DNA of 64,000 nucleotides. Source: Puniceicoccaceae bacterium. GTDB lineage: Bacteria; Verrucomicrobiota; Verrucomicrobiia; Opitutales; Coraliomargaritaceae. Position 1 is the first letter of the stretch, and each line of letters begins with the position of its first letter. The position numbers and the translations under genes are program-made. A model generated the notes under the pieces. That model had not been told where the DNA came from and did not search any database. It was given only the letters and a program-made list of their open reading frames with translations. Positions 11,050-19,993 of this stretch are shown in pieces. The stretch lies in contig JAFMHF010000003.1 in assembly GCA_017854655.1 (NCBI GenBank), positions 645 through 64,644 of the forward strand, written 5' to 3'.

Positions 11050-11942
11050 ATAAGGTTAGCAAAGCGCATTTGAAGTTCTACAAGCGTCTGATTGACACGC
11101 CTTCAGGGATACCTCAGTCATCAGTGCCCAGCACTCTTCCCCTAGACCAGTTGATGTCAGGCAACGCAATTGAGAGCAAACGCGTTGGCGCAGGAAATAC
11201 GCTAACCTGCAAGCCCTATTATCTCCGTGCGGCACTCAGGACACTCTTTGACATCCGAGACTTGGAAGGCGCACTTGATGCATTCGATACCGAGATCAGC
11301 AAGGGAGCCATTGCATTAGTTGGGGGTACGACAAAGTCGCTATCTGCTGGACGCAAGCGGCAGTCGACATCCATGCGTGCGTGTGCGCCAACTGGTAATC
11401 CTTGCGTCTCACTAAGTAAGGGGACACTGGAAATTCCCACACTACAATATGCGTGCCTTAACGTGGACTGTGGAGATGTGGATACCCTCACTAACATTAA
11501 TTGCGCTATAATATGTGAGAATATTGAAGATTTTGATATGCTCACATATCCGATGTTTGAACAGTTGTGCCAAAGCCCATCGTCAGCCATAGTCTTATCG
11601 AGGGATGACGGATTGGAGCGCATCGGGAGAGTCATTAAAAATACCGGTATCGCCCGAGTATGGCATTTCGGTGATTTCGACCTTTGCGGAATGCAAATCT
11701 TCGAAACAAACACAGTGCATCACATACCTAGTGCCCGTTTCCTTATGCCTGAACTGAATATGCTAGGCAGCATGATTCGATCTCACGGAAGTGAAGAGCT
11801 CTACTACAAGCAGCTCGACCGAACACGCAGATACATACCCAATTGGAGTGAAGGCAAAGAGCTGATGCATATCATCCATAAGTATAAAAAAGTCATCGAA
11901 CAAGAAACTGTTCGCGAACTTCTAAGCAGGAAGCATTTTTAA
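11046..11942 (+). CDS. jetD: Wadjet JetD / MksG Toprim nuclease
   Basis: Toprim motifs IICENIEDF and WHFGDFDLCG; ATGA overlap with the SMC gene. Confidence 0.8.
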   Translation: MNKVSKAHLKFYKRLIDTPSGIPQSSVPSTLPLDQLMSGNAIESKRVGAGNTLTCKPYYLRAALRTLFDIRDLEGALDAFDTEISKGAIALVGGTTKSLSAGRKRQSTSMRACAPTGNPCVSLSKGTLEIPTLQYACLNVDCGDVDTLTNINCAIICENIEDFDMLTYPMFEQLCQSPSSAIVLSRDDGLERIGRVIKNTGIARVWHFGDFDLCGMQIFETNTVHHIPSARFLMPELNMLGSMIRSHGSEELYYKQLDRTRRYIPNWSEGKELMHIIHKYKKVIEQETVRELLSRKHF

Positions 11943-12162
11943 TAGGTTAGACTAATCGACGTTCTAGGCGTTTCGACTCATCTTCAACTGCTGGGCTAAT
12001 CGTGTGATTAGCACACATTAAAGCATAGCTAATTTTCATCATTAGGGTGCATACCGAAAGACTAGTCTAAAGGGACTAGTTGATGCAGTGGATTTTATGG
12101 CCTGAGGTATGCGTGACATCCCCTGGAGGTGCCCTACCCACATTTCGGAAATGGCTTCGAGG

Positions 12163-12180
12163 CATTGAAAATTTTCAATG
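12163..12180. promoter_or_regulatory. 18-bp perfect palindrome CATTGAAAATTTTCAATG, putative operator (copy 1)
   Basis: Seen directly; the 16-bp core ATTGAAAATTTTCAAT recurs at 17464-17479; both copies are intergenic. Confidence 0.55.
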
Positions 12181-12374
12181 ATTTCAGTGAGTTATATGCA
12201 GGCTGAGAGTTACTCGGGAGGATTTTTTTTGAAAATTTGGTATTCAGCATACCAAGGATCACCAAACAGAAAAAAATTCCTTCGTTAGGCTTTCTAATGT
12301 CAGGGCACATTCCGTCCAGACAACCGGTGGTCTTCTAAGCCGGTGAAAGAGAAAACCAAACTAAGTAACACAAC

Positions 12375-13187
12375 ATGAGTGATGAAAATAAGAAAGCCGA
12401 TTCCAGCCAGTGGTTGGATCTGCCGCCCAAATTCTGCGAGAAACCTCCTAGCGATCCTGCCCGGATGCTAAAGGAATCGAAGGCTAGGATCAAAGCAGCA
12501 GTCGAGAATTACGCCCAATTGGGTCTCTGGTTCAGCCGAGTCCGTCGTTTCGGCCTCTGGCGCTACTCAAAGAGGCCTAAGTTCAAATCTTTCGCAGAGT
12601 TCTACAAACACATGGGCTACAGTGCAGATCAGGTATCTCACCAGATCGCAATTAGCACAGTGCTCCGGATGCTTTTGGAGGAATTCGGGAAAGCTGAAGT
12701 GAAGGTCAACGTGTATCATGCGACGATTCTTCTGCGGGGTGTGCGCGACGACGAGGCACGCTTTAAAGCTGACGGTGAATTGGCCTGCGACATCTTTCGC
12801 ACAGTTTTGGCAGCTGAAGCAAAGGTGACAGGGAAACTCCTGAAAAAAGAGATGACCGCGCGTGGCCTGCTAAAAGCAACTCCTAAGCAGAAGTCTCGCC
12901 ATACAGAAGAAGACAACGAACCAAAGAGTGATGTCAAAATCGGCGAACCAATTGATGGATTGAGCCTCGGCGAGAACGCTGGCAATGACTCGGAGAGTAA
13001 TCAGGCAGTATTGAAAACTAAAGAGGTGCTCCCTAGACAGGCAAGGAAGGAACTGAACGAGGCACGATCAGTCGCCGCTGCACTTGTCGAAGACACTGGA
13101 AATTCGACGGAGCATTTAGAGCTGCATAAAAAGCTCATTCAACTTCGTACACTATTGGAAGAGGTATACCGCCAAGTTAATTCGTAG
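12375..13187 (+). CDS. Hypothetical protein (weak resemblance to DUF3102-like MGE proteins)
   Basis: 270-aa ORF followed by a clear terminator; LGLWFSRVRRFGLWRY...FKSFAEFYKHMGYS resembles a pattern common in phage/plasmid DNA-binding proteins. Confidence 0.6.
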   Translation: MSDENKKADSSQWLDLPPKFCEKPPSDPARMLKESKARIKAAVENYAQLGLWFSRVRRFGLWRYSKRPKFKSFAEFYKHMGYSADQVSHQIAISTVLRMLLEEFGKAEVKVNVYHATILLRGVRDDEARFKADGELACDIFRTVLAAEAKVTGKLLKKEMTARGLLKATPKQKSRHTEEDNEPKSDVKIGEPIDGLSLGENAGNDSESNQAVLKTKEVLPRQARKELNEARSVAAALVEDTGNSTEHLELHKKLIQLRTLLEEVYRQVNS

Positions 13188-13210
13188 CGATTGTTGGACA
13201 CGAACAAGAG

Positions 13211-13242
13211 TGCGCAGGGAATGATTCCCTGCGCATTTTTTT
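13211..13242 (+). terminator. Intrinsic terminator between convergent genes
   Basis: TGCGCAGGGAA-TGA-TTCCCTGCGCA perfect 11-bp stem followed by T7. Confidence 0.85.
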
Positions 13243-13597
13243 ACGCTTCCACCTCATCGATAACGCGGATCGTTCGTGCACCTTGGCCGTGTTTCTCGAT
13301 CTCAGCGGGCTCGGAAACCGGTAAGTACTTCAATTCATGCAGGCAAATCCACTTAAAGTATCCACCCAGCTTACGCCCCGCCATTTCAATCTGGCAGAAT
13401 CCGTAGTCTAGTTTGATGAGATCTTCCCCATTGTGGCTAGAAAACTCGCAATGCAAGAGGAAGGCATAGGCGAATGCCCGGACTTTATCACTTTCTAGTT
13501 TGAGCACTAGCATGGGGGGATTTCCAGTTTCGTGGTGTTCGCGTTGTGGGGCTTTTTCGTCCTGAGCTGTAGGCTCGTTTGATTCGGAAGTTTCCAT
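13241..13597 (-). CDS. Small hypothetical protein downstream of the relaxase
   Basis: 118-aa ORF 32 nt after the relaxase stop on the same strand; ends at the terminator; composition is protein-like. Confidence 0.6.
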   Translation of the reverse strand: METSESNEPTAQDEKAPQREHHETGNPPMLVLKLESDKVRAFAYAFLLHCEFSSHNGEDLIKLDYGFCQIEMAGRKLGGYFKWICLHELKYLPVSEPAEIEKHGQGARTIRVIDEVEA

Positions 13598-13629
13598 AAA
13601 GTGTCGGATTTGAATTTAGTAGGTAACAG

Positions 13630-16458
13630 TCAGGCTTCAGGTGACTGGGACAGACTGCTTGCGATCGATGGTGTTTCGACTGTCGTCGGTTTCACCGATA
13701 TTGGCAACACTTTGCCAGGCCAAGCTTTGACCGTCGCGACGACACGCCTGAGCAGCGAAGGCTTTCGACTTGCCAAAGCTAATTTCGGATTGTGCCAATA
13801 GTCGCTGGCCGATTTGCGAATACGGGCGTGTTTTACGGCGTTGCGGAGTGCGTCCTTATCGTCTGTGTAAATGCGGATACGACGACGTCCGCGACTAGCC
13901 GACACATAAAACTGTTGCAAAGAAGACGCAACAAAACTGCCCGACGACTGCGCGATAAAAACGTTATCGACTGTCTTCCCCTGCGAGGCATGTGACGTCG
14001 TGCAGTATCCATGAGCGAAATGGACAGCATCGTTTGGCAGTGTCATACCCTCGCCGAAACTCACGCGCCCCGCGGCGTCGATGCTTTCGACGGTGTGGAG
14101 GGTTCCGTTATGGAGCGGATTGCCTTCAACCGATTTAGAATTTCGCGTGATGCGTACGCGATCACCGAGCATAAGCTCTACCATATCCAGTTTGAAAACA
14201 TCGAATTTATCGGCGTGCTGTTTCAAGTTTAAGGTATGCGTATCGCCTTTGTCGTCCCGAAGCCAGAGTTCTCCGTCATGTCCGGTATAGATTTTAGCCC
14301 TAAAATCTTTCGGAAGGTTTCCAGCCTTCTGATTGAGCTGGATGTAATAGTCATCCAGTTCCTTCGCGAATACCTTGTAACGAGATTCCTCGCCACGCTG
14401 CGCAACTGTCCAGTTTACTGATCGCAGAACCTGGCGCTCACTCACGTCACCCTTCAACTCTCCGTGAGCTTTTAGTAGACCGCGGATCGCTGTCGTCACA
14501 TATGCTGCTTCTTCGTGTGTTGGAGAGACGCAGAGCGTCGTACGCGGCTGATTTTTGTCGTTCAATTCCTTGATGCTCAAGATATAGTCTAACGCTAAGC
14601 GTTGGTAACGTTCATGCCAGCGTATCTCCTTGATTGCATTGACGCCCTCCAGTTGATCAAAGGCTCGATCAACTTGTCCATCCGAAATTAGCCGGACTGC
14701 TTCACGGTAGATCGGATCCTGTTGGCGATAGATACAGTCAAGTTCTGCTGGCTTGAGGCCACCATATCGCTCTAAGATGCGGAGGGCATCGCCTCGCTCG
14801 ACGGAGTTGTGCTGGGAGGTGTCACCAGACAGTATGAGACGGCAGTCGTGAGCTTGTGACAGCTCCGCGAGTCTGGCCATCTGCTTGGCAGATAGAAGCC
14901 CCGCTTCGTCTATCCAGAGGATCGATCCGTGAAGATTTTGTTGCATTTTGGGATCGACCAAAAGGCGTTGAACGGTGTCAGCGTCCTTGAATCCTTCCTT
15001 CCGCAGAGTGTTCTTCGCGGCATCACTCGTCGGGGCGAACGTTTTAACTCTGTGTCCGGCAGCGTGGAGCGCTTTGATCGTGGCAGTCATCATGGTCGTT
15101 TTGCCCGTGCCTGCACGACCACGTAACGCCGTCACCCGATTTCTGGAACTGAGAATTTGACGCATGGCGATGATCTGCTGATCAGAAAGGTGCGCCGTGT
15201 CCGCCCCCTTCGGATCGGCATTGAAGGCCTTGTGGGCGAATCGTCCATTTTTAGAATAATCGATAAATAAGCGCTCTTCGTCGAGCACTTCATCAGTTGT
15301 GCACCAAGTGCGCCCCGTATCATCATAACGTATCATTTTTCGGGAGTAGACCGCGCTTTCGATGGCGTCGTGCCGAGCCTCACCTAATCCTGATTTAATC
15401 GCTTCGGCGATCACGCCGCGTTCTGACTCTACCGACTTTCTCTCGAAGACGTGCTTCAATGCAAAGTCAGTTGCATTCTCGACGGCTTCCTTTGAATGTC
15501 GCGGCGAAGCCGTCACCCGGCGGTTACGAGCGCGCAGAAAGATCTCGTGTAGGTGTAATCGCTCATTTTGACCGATACGATCCAACCATTCGCTTTTGAG
15601 TTCTAAAGAAGTCATCTGTTCAGCGTCGCTTTTTTTACGACGAGTACGTTTCCCCAACTCCGCCTCCTGCTTGGTGGTTAAGTCATGTCCTCGCTTGGCT
15701 TTTTCGATTTCCTTGGTTCGATTGGAAAAGAGATCTCGAACCTGTTTGCTCACACCCGCGATCTCCCAACCACCTTTTTCGGTTCGCTCTATATCATAGC
15801 CCAAGTTCTGTAGCCTCTGAACAAGACGGCTGTAGAAGCAGGCCTCAAAGTAACGTGCGTCGAATTTGATCTCACCGAACTGACCTGCCTTCCATCGGTT
15901 TTCGACAGGATCCCAGGTGCCGTTAAATGCCACCGCATGCACATGTAGATGCGGGTCAGGGAGCACCTTTGCCTGTCCTTCAACGCCATCCTCAGCTACT
16001 GGACGAGTTGCAAGGTGGGTGAATTGCGACCAAACGAGATTTCCTGTGGTGCGGTCAACATCCTGGCCGTGCTTACGGACGCGTGTGGACATGTCTTTTT
16101 CGATTTGGCGCATGGTTTCATAGACAGAACGTTCGAAAGCGACGCAGATGGCCTCATCGCCCGTTAAGGCATGGAGTAAGGATACGGACTTCGGGGCGTG
16201 AAAGTTGAAATCGTAACCGACACGACGGTTCTTCTTATTGCGAGAGGTCCACTGTTTGCCCGTGCGCGGATTCTGATTGTCGCAAAGTTGATGAAAGTCT
16301 TCTTTGTTGACTGCGCCTTTGAGTCCAAGCTGATCCGCTCCGTGCCCGCCCCAAACGCCGGGCTTTTCAAGCCCGGCGGTGTAGTAGTCCACCGCCTGCG
16401 GGTCGGTGTAATATGTCTTGGCGGCCTCGGAGGACTTGATGGTGCAGATGCGAAGCAT
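13630..16458 (-). CDS. mobF: MOBF (TrwC/TraI-like) conjugative relaxase-helicase
   Basis: N-terminal TYY...DYY catalytic tyrosines, GVWGGHGA, HUH motif PDPHLHVH, SF1B helicase motifs GRAGTGKTT, WIDEAG, GDTSQH, HGYCTTSHASQGKTVD. Confidence 0.95.
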   Translation of the reverse strand: MLRICTIKSSEAAKTYYTDPQAVDYYTAGLEKPGVWGGHGADQLGLKGAVNKEDFHQLCDNQNPRTGKQWTSRNKKNRRVGYDFNFHAPKSVSLLHALTGDEAICVAFERSVYETMRQIEKDMSTRVRKHGQDVDRTTGNLVWSQFTHLATRPVAEDGVEGQAKVLPDPHLHVHAVAFNGTWDPVENRWKAGQFGEIKFDARYFEACFYSRLVQRLQNLGYDIERTEKGGWEIAGVSKQVRDLFSNRTKEIEKAKRGHDLTTKQEAELGKRTRRKKSDAEQMTSLELKSEWLDRIGQNERLHLHEIFLRARNRRVTASPRHSKEAVENATDFALKHVFERKSVESERGVIAEAIKSGLGEARHDAIESAVYSRKMIRYDDTGRTWCTTDEVLDEERLFIDYSKNGRFAHKAFNADPKGADTAHLSDQQIIAMRQILSSRNRVTALRGRAGTGKTTMMTATIKALHAAGHRVKTFAPTSDAAKNTLRKEGFKDADTVQRLLVDPKMQQNLHGSILWIDEAGLLSAKQMARLAELSQAHDCRLILSGDTSQHNSVERGDALRILERYGGLKPAELDCIYRQQDPIYREAVRLISDGQVDRAFDQLEGVNAIKEIRWHERYQRLALDYILSIKELNDKNQPRTTLCVSPTHEEAAYVTTAIRGLLKAHGELKGDVSERQVLRSVNWTVAQRGEESRYKVFAKELDDYYIQLNQKAGNLPKDFRAKIYTGHDGELWLRDDKGDTHTLNLKQHADKFDVFKLDMVELMLGDRVRITRNSKSVEGNPLHNGTLHTVESIDAAGRVSFGEGMTLPNDAVHFAHGYCTTSHASQGKTVDNVFIAQSSGSFVASSLQQFYVSASRGRRRIRIYTDDKDALRNAVKHARIRKSASDYWHNPKLALASRKPSLLRRVVATVKAWPGKVLPISVKPTTVETPSIASSLSQSPEA

Positions 16459-16467
16459 CGTCTTTAA

Positions 16468-17394
16468 TCAATCAGAGATTTTACTTAGTAGAGGGAACTT
16501 CGAGATATGTTCGATTACTTCATCAAATGAACTGAAGAACGAATCGTAAGCCTCTCCCTGAATAGGCAACGGATTGGAAGAGTTTTCCAAGTGAAGATAG
16601 ATCGTAGCAAAAGCATAGGCTTGAGATATGTGGTTCTCAGGTACTCCAAAATGTGTCATCAATTTGAATAGTCGGTCGATGCTTCTAGGATGAGTGCTCA
16701 TGGTGGTCTTTCCAAGGTGAACATCCCTGATGATTCCTACAGAATATGCATGAACCAAAAGCAGAAAGCGTTTCTGCAAATCGCTGGACTCAAAGTCCCT
16801 GCGATTGTTGATGATCCACTCCCAGGATTCTTGATCAGCGTCTTTCTCGATTTCTATGGTGCTTCCACCGCTGTGTTTTAATCCGATGTGAGCCAGTTCA
16901 TGATGGAGAAGGCATGCAACCGCCCCGAGCGTGAACTCATCAGCAACTCCACAATCTGAAGTATCACCAACGATCATTTGAGGCTTAGGAAGATCATCAG
17001 GCCATGCTGACTTATCCTTATTCATTAATTTCTGGATCGCCCATTGTAGAAGATTCATCGCTGCGACTACATCTGGGTCATCCCGCAAGGAAACTTCCGT
17101 TCTTGCCGAGAATTGCTTACCCTGGAATATTTTGGTATAAAATACAAAGTGTGCATAAGCGGTGGCCCAGAGAAACTCCAATACGAAGCTACTGATTTGG
17201 ATACGTTTGTCATCAGTAACACCTAGTATCCAATTGTGGCTATCCAAATACTCCAAAGTAAACTCGGGATATAGTTCATCAAGTTGAGCTTCTCGTTCTG
17301 GTGCGATATTTACTAGCGCAAGATGAACCTTAGGAAAAACGCACTTTACTGGAGAAGCCATTACCTCTAGGGCGGAGTTGTCTATGATACGCAT
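16468..17394 (-). CDS. lit: Lit-family (peptidase U49) phage-exclusion metallopeptidase
   Basis: HExxH motif LLHHELAH, followed by EKDAD and THPRSIDRL; N-terminal NIAPERE and LEFLWATAY resemble Lit-family proteins; 308 aa. Confidence 0.7.
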   Translation of the reverse strand: MRIIDNSALEVMASPVKCVFPKVHLALVNIAPEREAQLDELYPEFTLEYLDSHNWILGVTDDKRIQISSFVLEFLWATAYAHFVFYTKIFQGKQFSARTEVSLRDDPDVVAAMNLLQWAIQKLMNKDKSAWPDDLPKPQMIVGDTSDCGVADEFTLGAVACLLHHELAHIGLKHSGGSTIEIEKDADQESWEWIINNRRDFESSDLQKRFLLLVHAYSVGIIRDVHLGKTTMSTHPRSIDRLFKLMTHFGVPENHISQAYAFATIYLHLENSSNPLPIQGEAYDSFFSSFDEVIEHISKFPLLSKISD

Positions 17395-17461
17395 ATAAGC
17401 TTTCTAGCGTGAATGATCAGTGTATCGCAAGGCTACTTGCAGCGGTGCATGACTTTTTCCT

Positions 17462-17481
17462 ATATTGAAAATTTTCAATAT
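17462..17481. promoter_or_regulatory. 20-bp perfect palindrome ATATTGAAAATTTTCAATAT, putative operator (copy 2)
   Basis: Seen directly in the divergent intergenic region between lit and the 17649 ORF; shares a 16-bp core with 12163-12180. Confidence 0.55.
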
Positions 17482-17497
17482 CCTTGATCGACTGCAC

Positions 17498-17541
17498 CCT
17501 CAGACAGATACGTTCATGCACCGGTGCCGCTTCGCGGCATA
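17498..17541 (-). promoter_or_regulatory. Candidate oriT (MOBF nic-like site with hairpins)
   Basis: Minus strand reads TGCCGCGAAGCGGCACCGGTGCATGAACGTATCTGTCTGAG: inverted repeats followed by CGTATCTGTCT, loosely like the R388 nic region (GCACCG..GGTGCGTATTGTCT). It lies in the intergenic region upstream of the relaxase operon. Similarity is weak. Confidence 0.3.
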
Positions 17542-17648
17542 CATCTCCATTGTTATTACAGGCGTCTCCCCTAAGCTTCGCTTATGCTTGACGCTTTACT
17601 TGACGCTTGGCCATTGCGGTCAATGATTACGGATGTCGGCTTCGCCAT

Positions 17649-18104
17649 ATGCCCAAGAAAAATTCAGTCTATACACGTAACAAAGATTTTGTCGACGCTC
17701 TACGTCAGCAGGGAAAGTCGTGGCAAGAAGTTGCGTCGGCTCTGGCCGAAGTTGGCATAAAGTGCACTCGGGCAGGCCTTCATTCTGCCTATCAAACATG
17801 GCTTCGCCATGAAGCATCTAAGAACGAGGAAAAGACAGAAGAAACCGATTCGAAACCGCTAGAACCGCTCTTAATGCGGGCAAAGGATGAAGCGGAGGCA
17901 GCCAGAGTGGCTGGAAATTTAGAGATTTCTGATGCCGATCAGTTACGTCAATGGGCAAGAAATTTAGATTACTATAGCCCGACACTCGCGCATAAATTTC
18001 TAGATAGTTGTAAAGGGAAGGCGCTTCAGGGGTGCTTGAGCGAGTTTGAGAAGCACTTGGAAATCGTTAAAGAGGTCATCAAGCGAACGAACTGGAGGAC
18101 ATAA
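17649..18104 (+). CDS. Putative DNA-binding protein (TraK/StbA-like HTH); ORF caller start 17607
   Basis: GKSWQEVASALAEVGIKCTRAGLHSAY is HTH-like; lies next to the candidate oriT; ATG at 17649 preferred. Confidence 0.5.
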   Translation: MPKKNSVYTRNKDFVDALRQQGKSWQEVASALAEVGIKCTRAGLHSAYQTWLRHEASKNEEKTEETDSKPLEPLLMRAKDEAEAARVAGNLEISDADQLRQWARNLDYYSPTLAHKFLDSCKGKALQGCLSEFEKHLEIVKEVIKRTNWRT

Positions 18105-18154
18105 ACGATTTAAACTTCGAGCGGAGTCATGACTGCAAAACTTAAAAAGCAGTC

Positions 18155-19993
18155 ATGAAAAAGTATCTAAAAAAATCCTGCTTCCTTCGTTTTATAAAAT
18201 GCCCAACCAGTGCATATTTCGGCTGGCAAGGCTACACCTCAAAGAACGGCGATGACGAATTCCTCGCCTTCCTCTCAGAGGAAGGTCAGGCCGTTGGCCG
18301 CGCCGCCCACCGCCTCTTCGCGGAGGGGCAACATGTCGGGTACAAGCAGCCTGAACTGGCCTGCGCACAGACACGGGATCTCCTCCAGTGTGAGAACGCC
18401 GTTCTCTTCGAGGGCTGCCTGATAGCCGGGCAATTTCTGGCCCGTCCAGACGTCCTAATCCGCAAAGGCGACCAGCTATATCTGGTCGAGGTGAAATCCA
18501 AACTGGGCAATCTGGCCGACCATCGGGCGAGTAAGATGCTGTTCAATTGTTATGGGGACATTCGTGCCGCATGGAAAGATTACGTCCACGACCTCGCATT
18601 TCAGTGCCAGGTTGCCAAGCGTGCGTTCCCCAACTTGGAAATCATCCCGTGGCTACTTTTGCCCGAACAACAATCCCCAGCCACTAAGGATGAGATTTCG
18701 AGTCAAGATGAACCTTCAACAACCGACCAGATCGCGATCCAGGAGCGACGCGAACAGTCGGTTCTTAAGTTCTTCAACGCATCCAAAGCTGTCACCCATG
18801 TGAGCGCAAGTGTCGCTCAAACGATGGATAAAATGAGGCAAGTTTGGGAATCGGAAGAGCGTCCGGTTTCGCCGCTTCGCTACCAATGCCGGAATTGCGA
18901 ATTCAGGCTCGGCAACGGTCGGAACAAAAGCGACGGCTTTCACGAATGCTGGGGAGCACTGGCCGAACCAGACCCTCACATTTTCGATTTGAATCAGTTG
19001 TACGCGCTCAAGCAGCAGGACAATAAGCAGAAGCTTTTGGCCGATCAGAAAATCCAAGACGGCACGACTTCGCTCTATTCCATCTCGGTATCCGAGCTCC
19101 ACGGAGAGCATTCGAACAGGCAAGCCATCCAACTCCGAAACCAACTTCAGGGACAGGAATGGATCGCATCGGAGCTGGCCGAAGAAATCAATAACCTGCA
19201 ATGGCCGATTTGTTTTTTGGACTTCGAAACCACGATGGCGGCGGTTCCGAAACACAAAGGCATTCGACCCTACGAGACGCTCCCATTTCAGTTTTCGGCA
19301 CATGTTTTGCACGAAAACGGCCAATACGAGCACCGTGAATGGCTCAATACAATCGACCGAATTTCGACCTGGCCATTCGTCCGTGCACTCATGAAAGAAC
19401 TGGACGCAACAGGCAGCGTTCTGGTCTACACCGATTACGAAAACCGGATCCTCAAAGAGTCACTGGAGTTCCTCTCTCGATTCGGAAATGAATCGAGAAT
19501 CGAGCGCAGCTGGATCTTCGATTTGCTGAATTCGGGACGTATCTTGGATCAACATGAATGGGTGCATCGCTACTATTGGGCTCCACTCATGGGCGGCAAA
19601 ACGTCGATTAAAAAAGTGCTACCTGCCGTCTGGACAAATAACAAGACGCTACACAATCACACGGCTTTTAGGGAGTATTTTGAAAGGGTCGATGGCCGAA
19701 TCTTGAACCCTTACGAAACACTTCTATCAATCGTGTTGAACGGCAAAGAAGTGTCTGTTCGCGAGGGGTGTGGCGCGATGCAAGTTTACCGCGAAATGAT
19801 TCATGGCGAAGGCGCAAAATGCGCTGAGTCTAAAAAGGCCCTGGCCGGACTGCTTCGCGAATACTGTAAACTCGATACGGCGTCTCAGTGGATAATTTTC
19901 GAACATTGGAAGGAGCAACTTGGACTAGCGCCTGCGAAGTCTCAAATGCTCGACACAAGCATCTCCAATGACCCGAAAAGTGCTTTCCATTAG
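18155..19993 (+). CDS. DUF2779-domain protein (N-terminal PD-(D/E)xK-like nuclease plus RNase H/DEDD-like domain)
   Basis: ARPDVL...LVEVKS, HDLAFQ, CFLDFET, YETLPFQFSAH, SIKKVLPA, LREYCKLDT. Confidence 0.75.
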   Translation: MKKYLKKSCFLRFIKCPTSAYFGWQGYTSKNGDDEFLAFLSEEGQAVGRAAHRLFAEGQHVGYKQPELACAQTRDLLQCENAVLFEGCLIAGQFLARPDVLIRKGDQLYLVEVKSKLGNLADHRASKMLFNCYGDIRAAWKDYVHDLAFQCQVAKRAFPNLEIIPWLLLPEQQSPATKDEISSQDEPSTTDQIAIQERREQSVLKFFNASKAVTHVSASVAQTMDKMRQVWESEERPVSPLRYQCRNCEFRLGNGRNKSDGFHECWGALAEPDPHIFDLNQLYALKQQDNKQKLLADQKIQDGTTSLYSISVSELHGEHSNRQAIQLRNQLQGQEWIASELAEEINNLQWPICFLDFETTMAAVPKHKGIRPYETLPFQFSAHVLHENGQYEHREWLNTIDRISTWPFVRALMKELDATGSVLVYTDYENRILKESLEFLSRFGNESRIERSWIFDLLNSGRILDQHEWVHRYYWAPLMGGKTSIKKVLPAVWTNNKTLHNHTAFREYFERVDGRILNPYETLLSIVLNGKEVSVREGCGAMQVYREMIHGEGAKCAESKKALAGLLREYCKLDTASQWIIFEHWKEQLGLAPAKSQMLDTSISNDPKSAFH

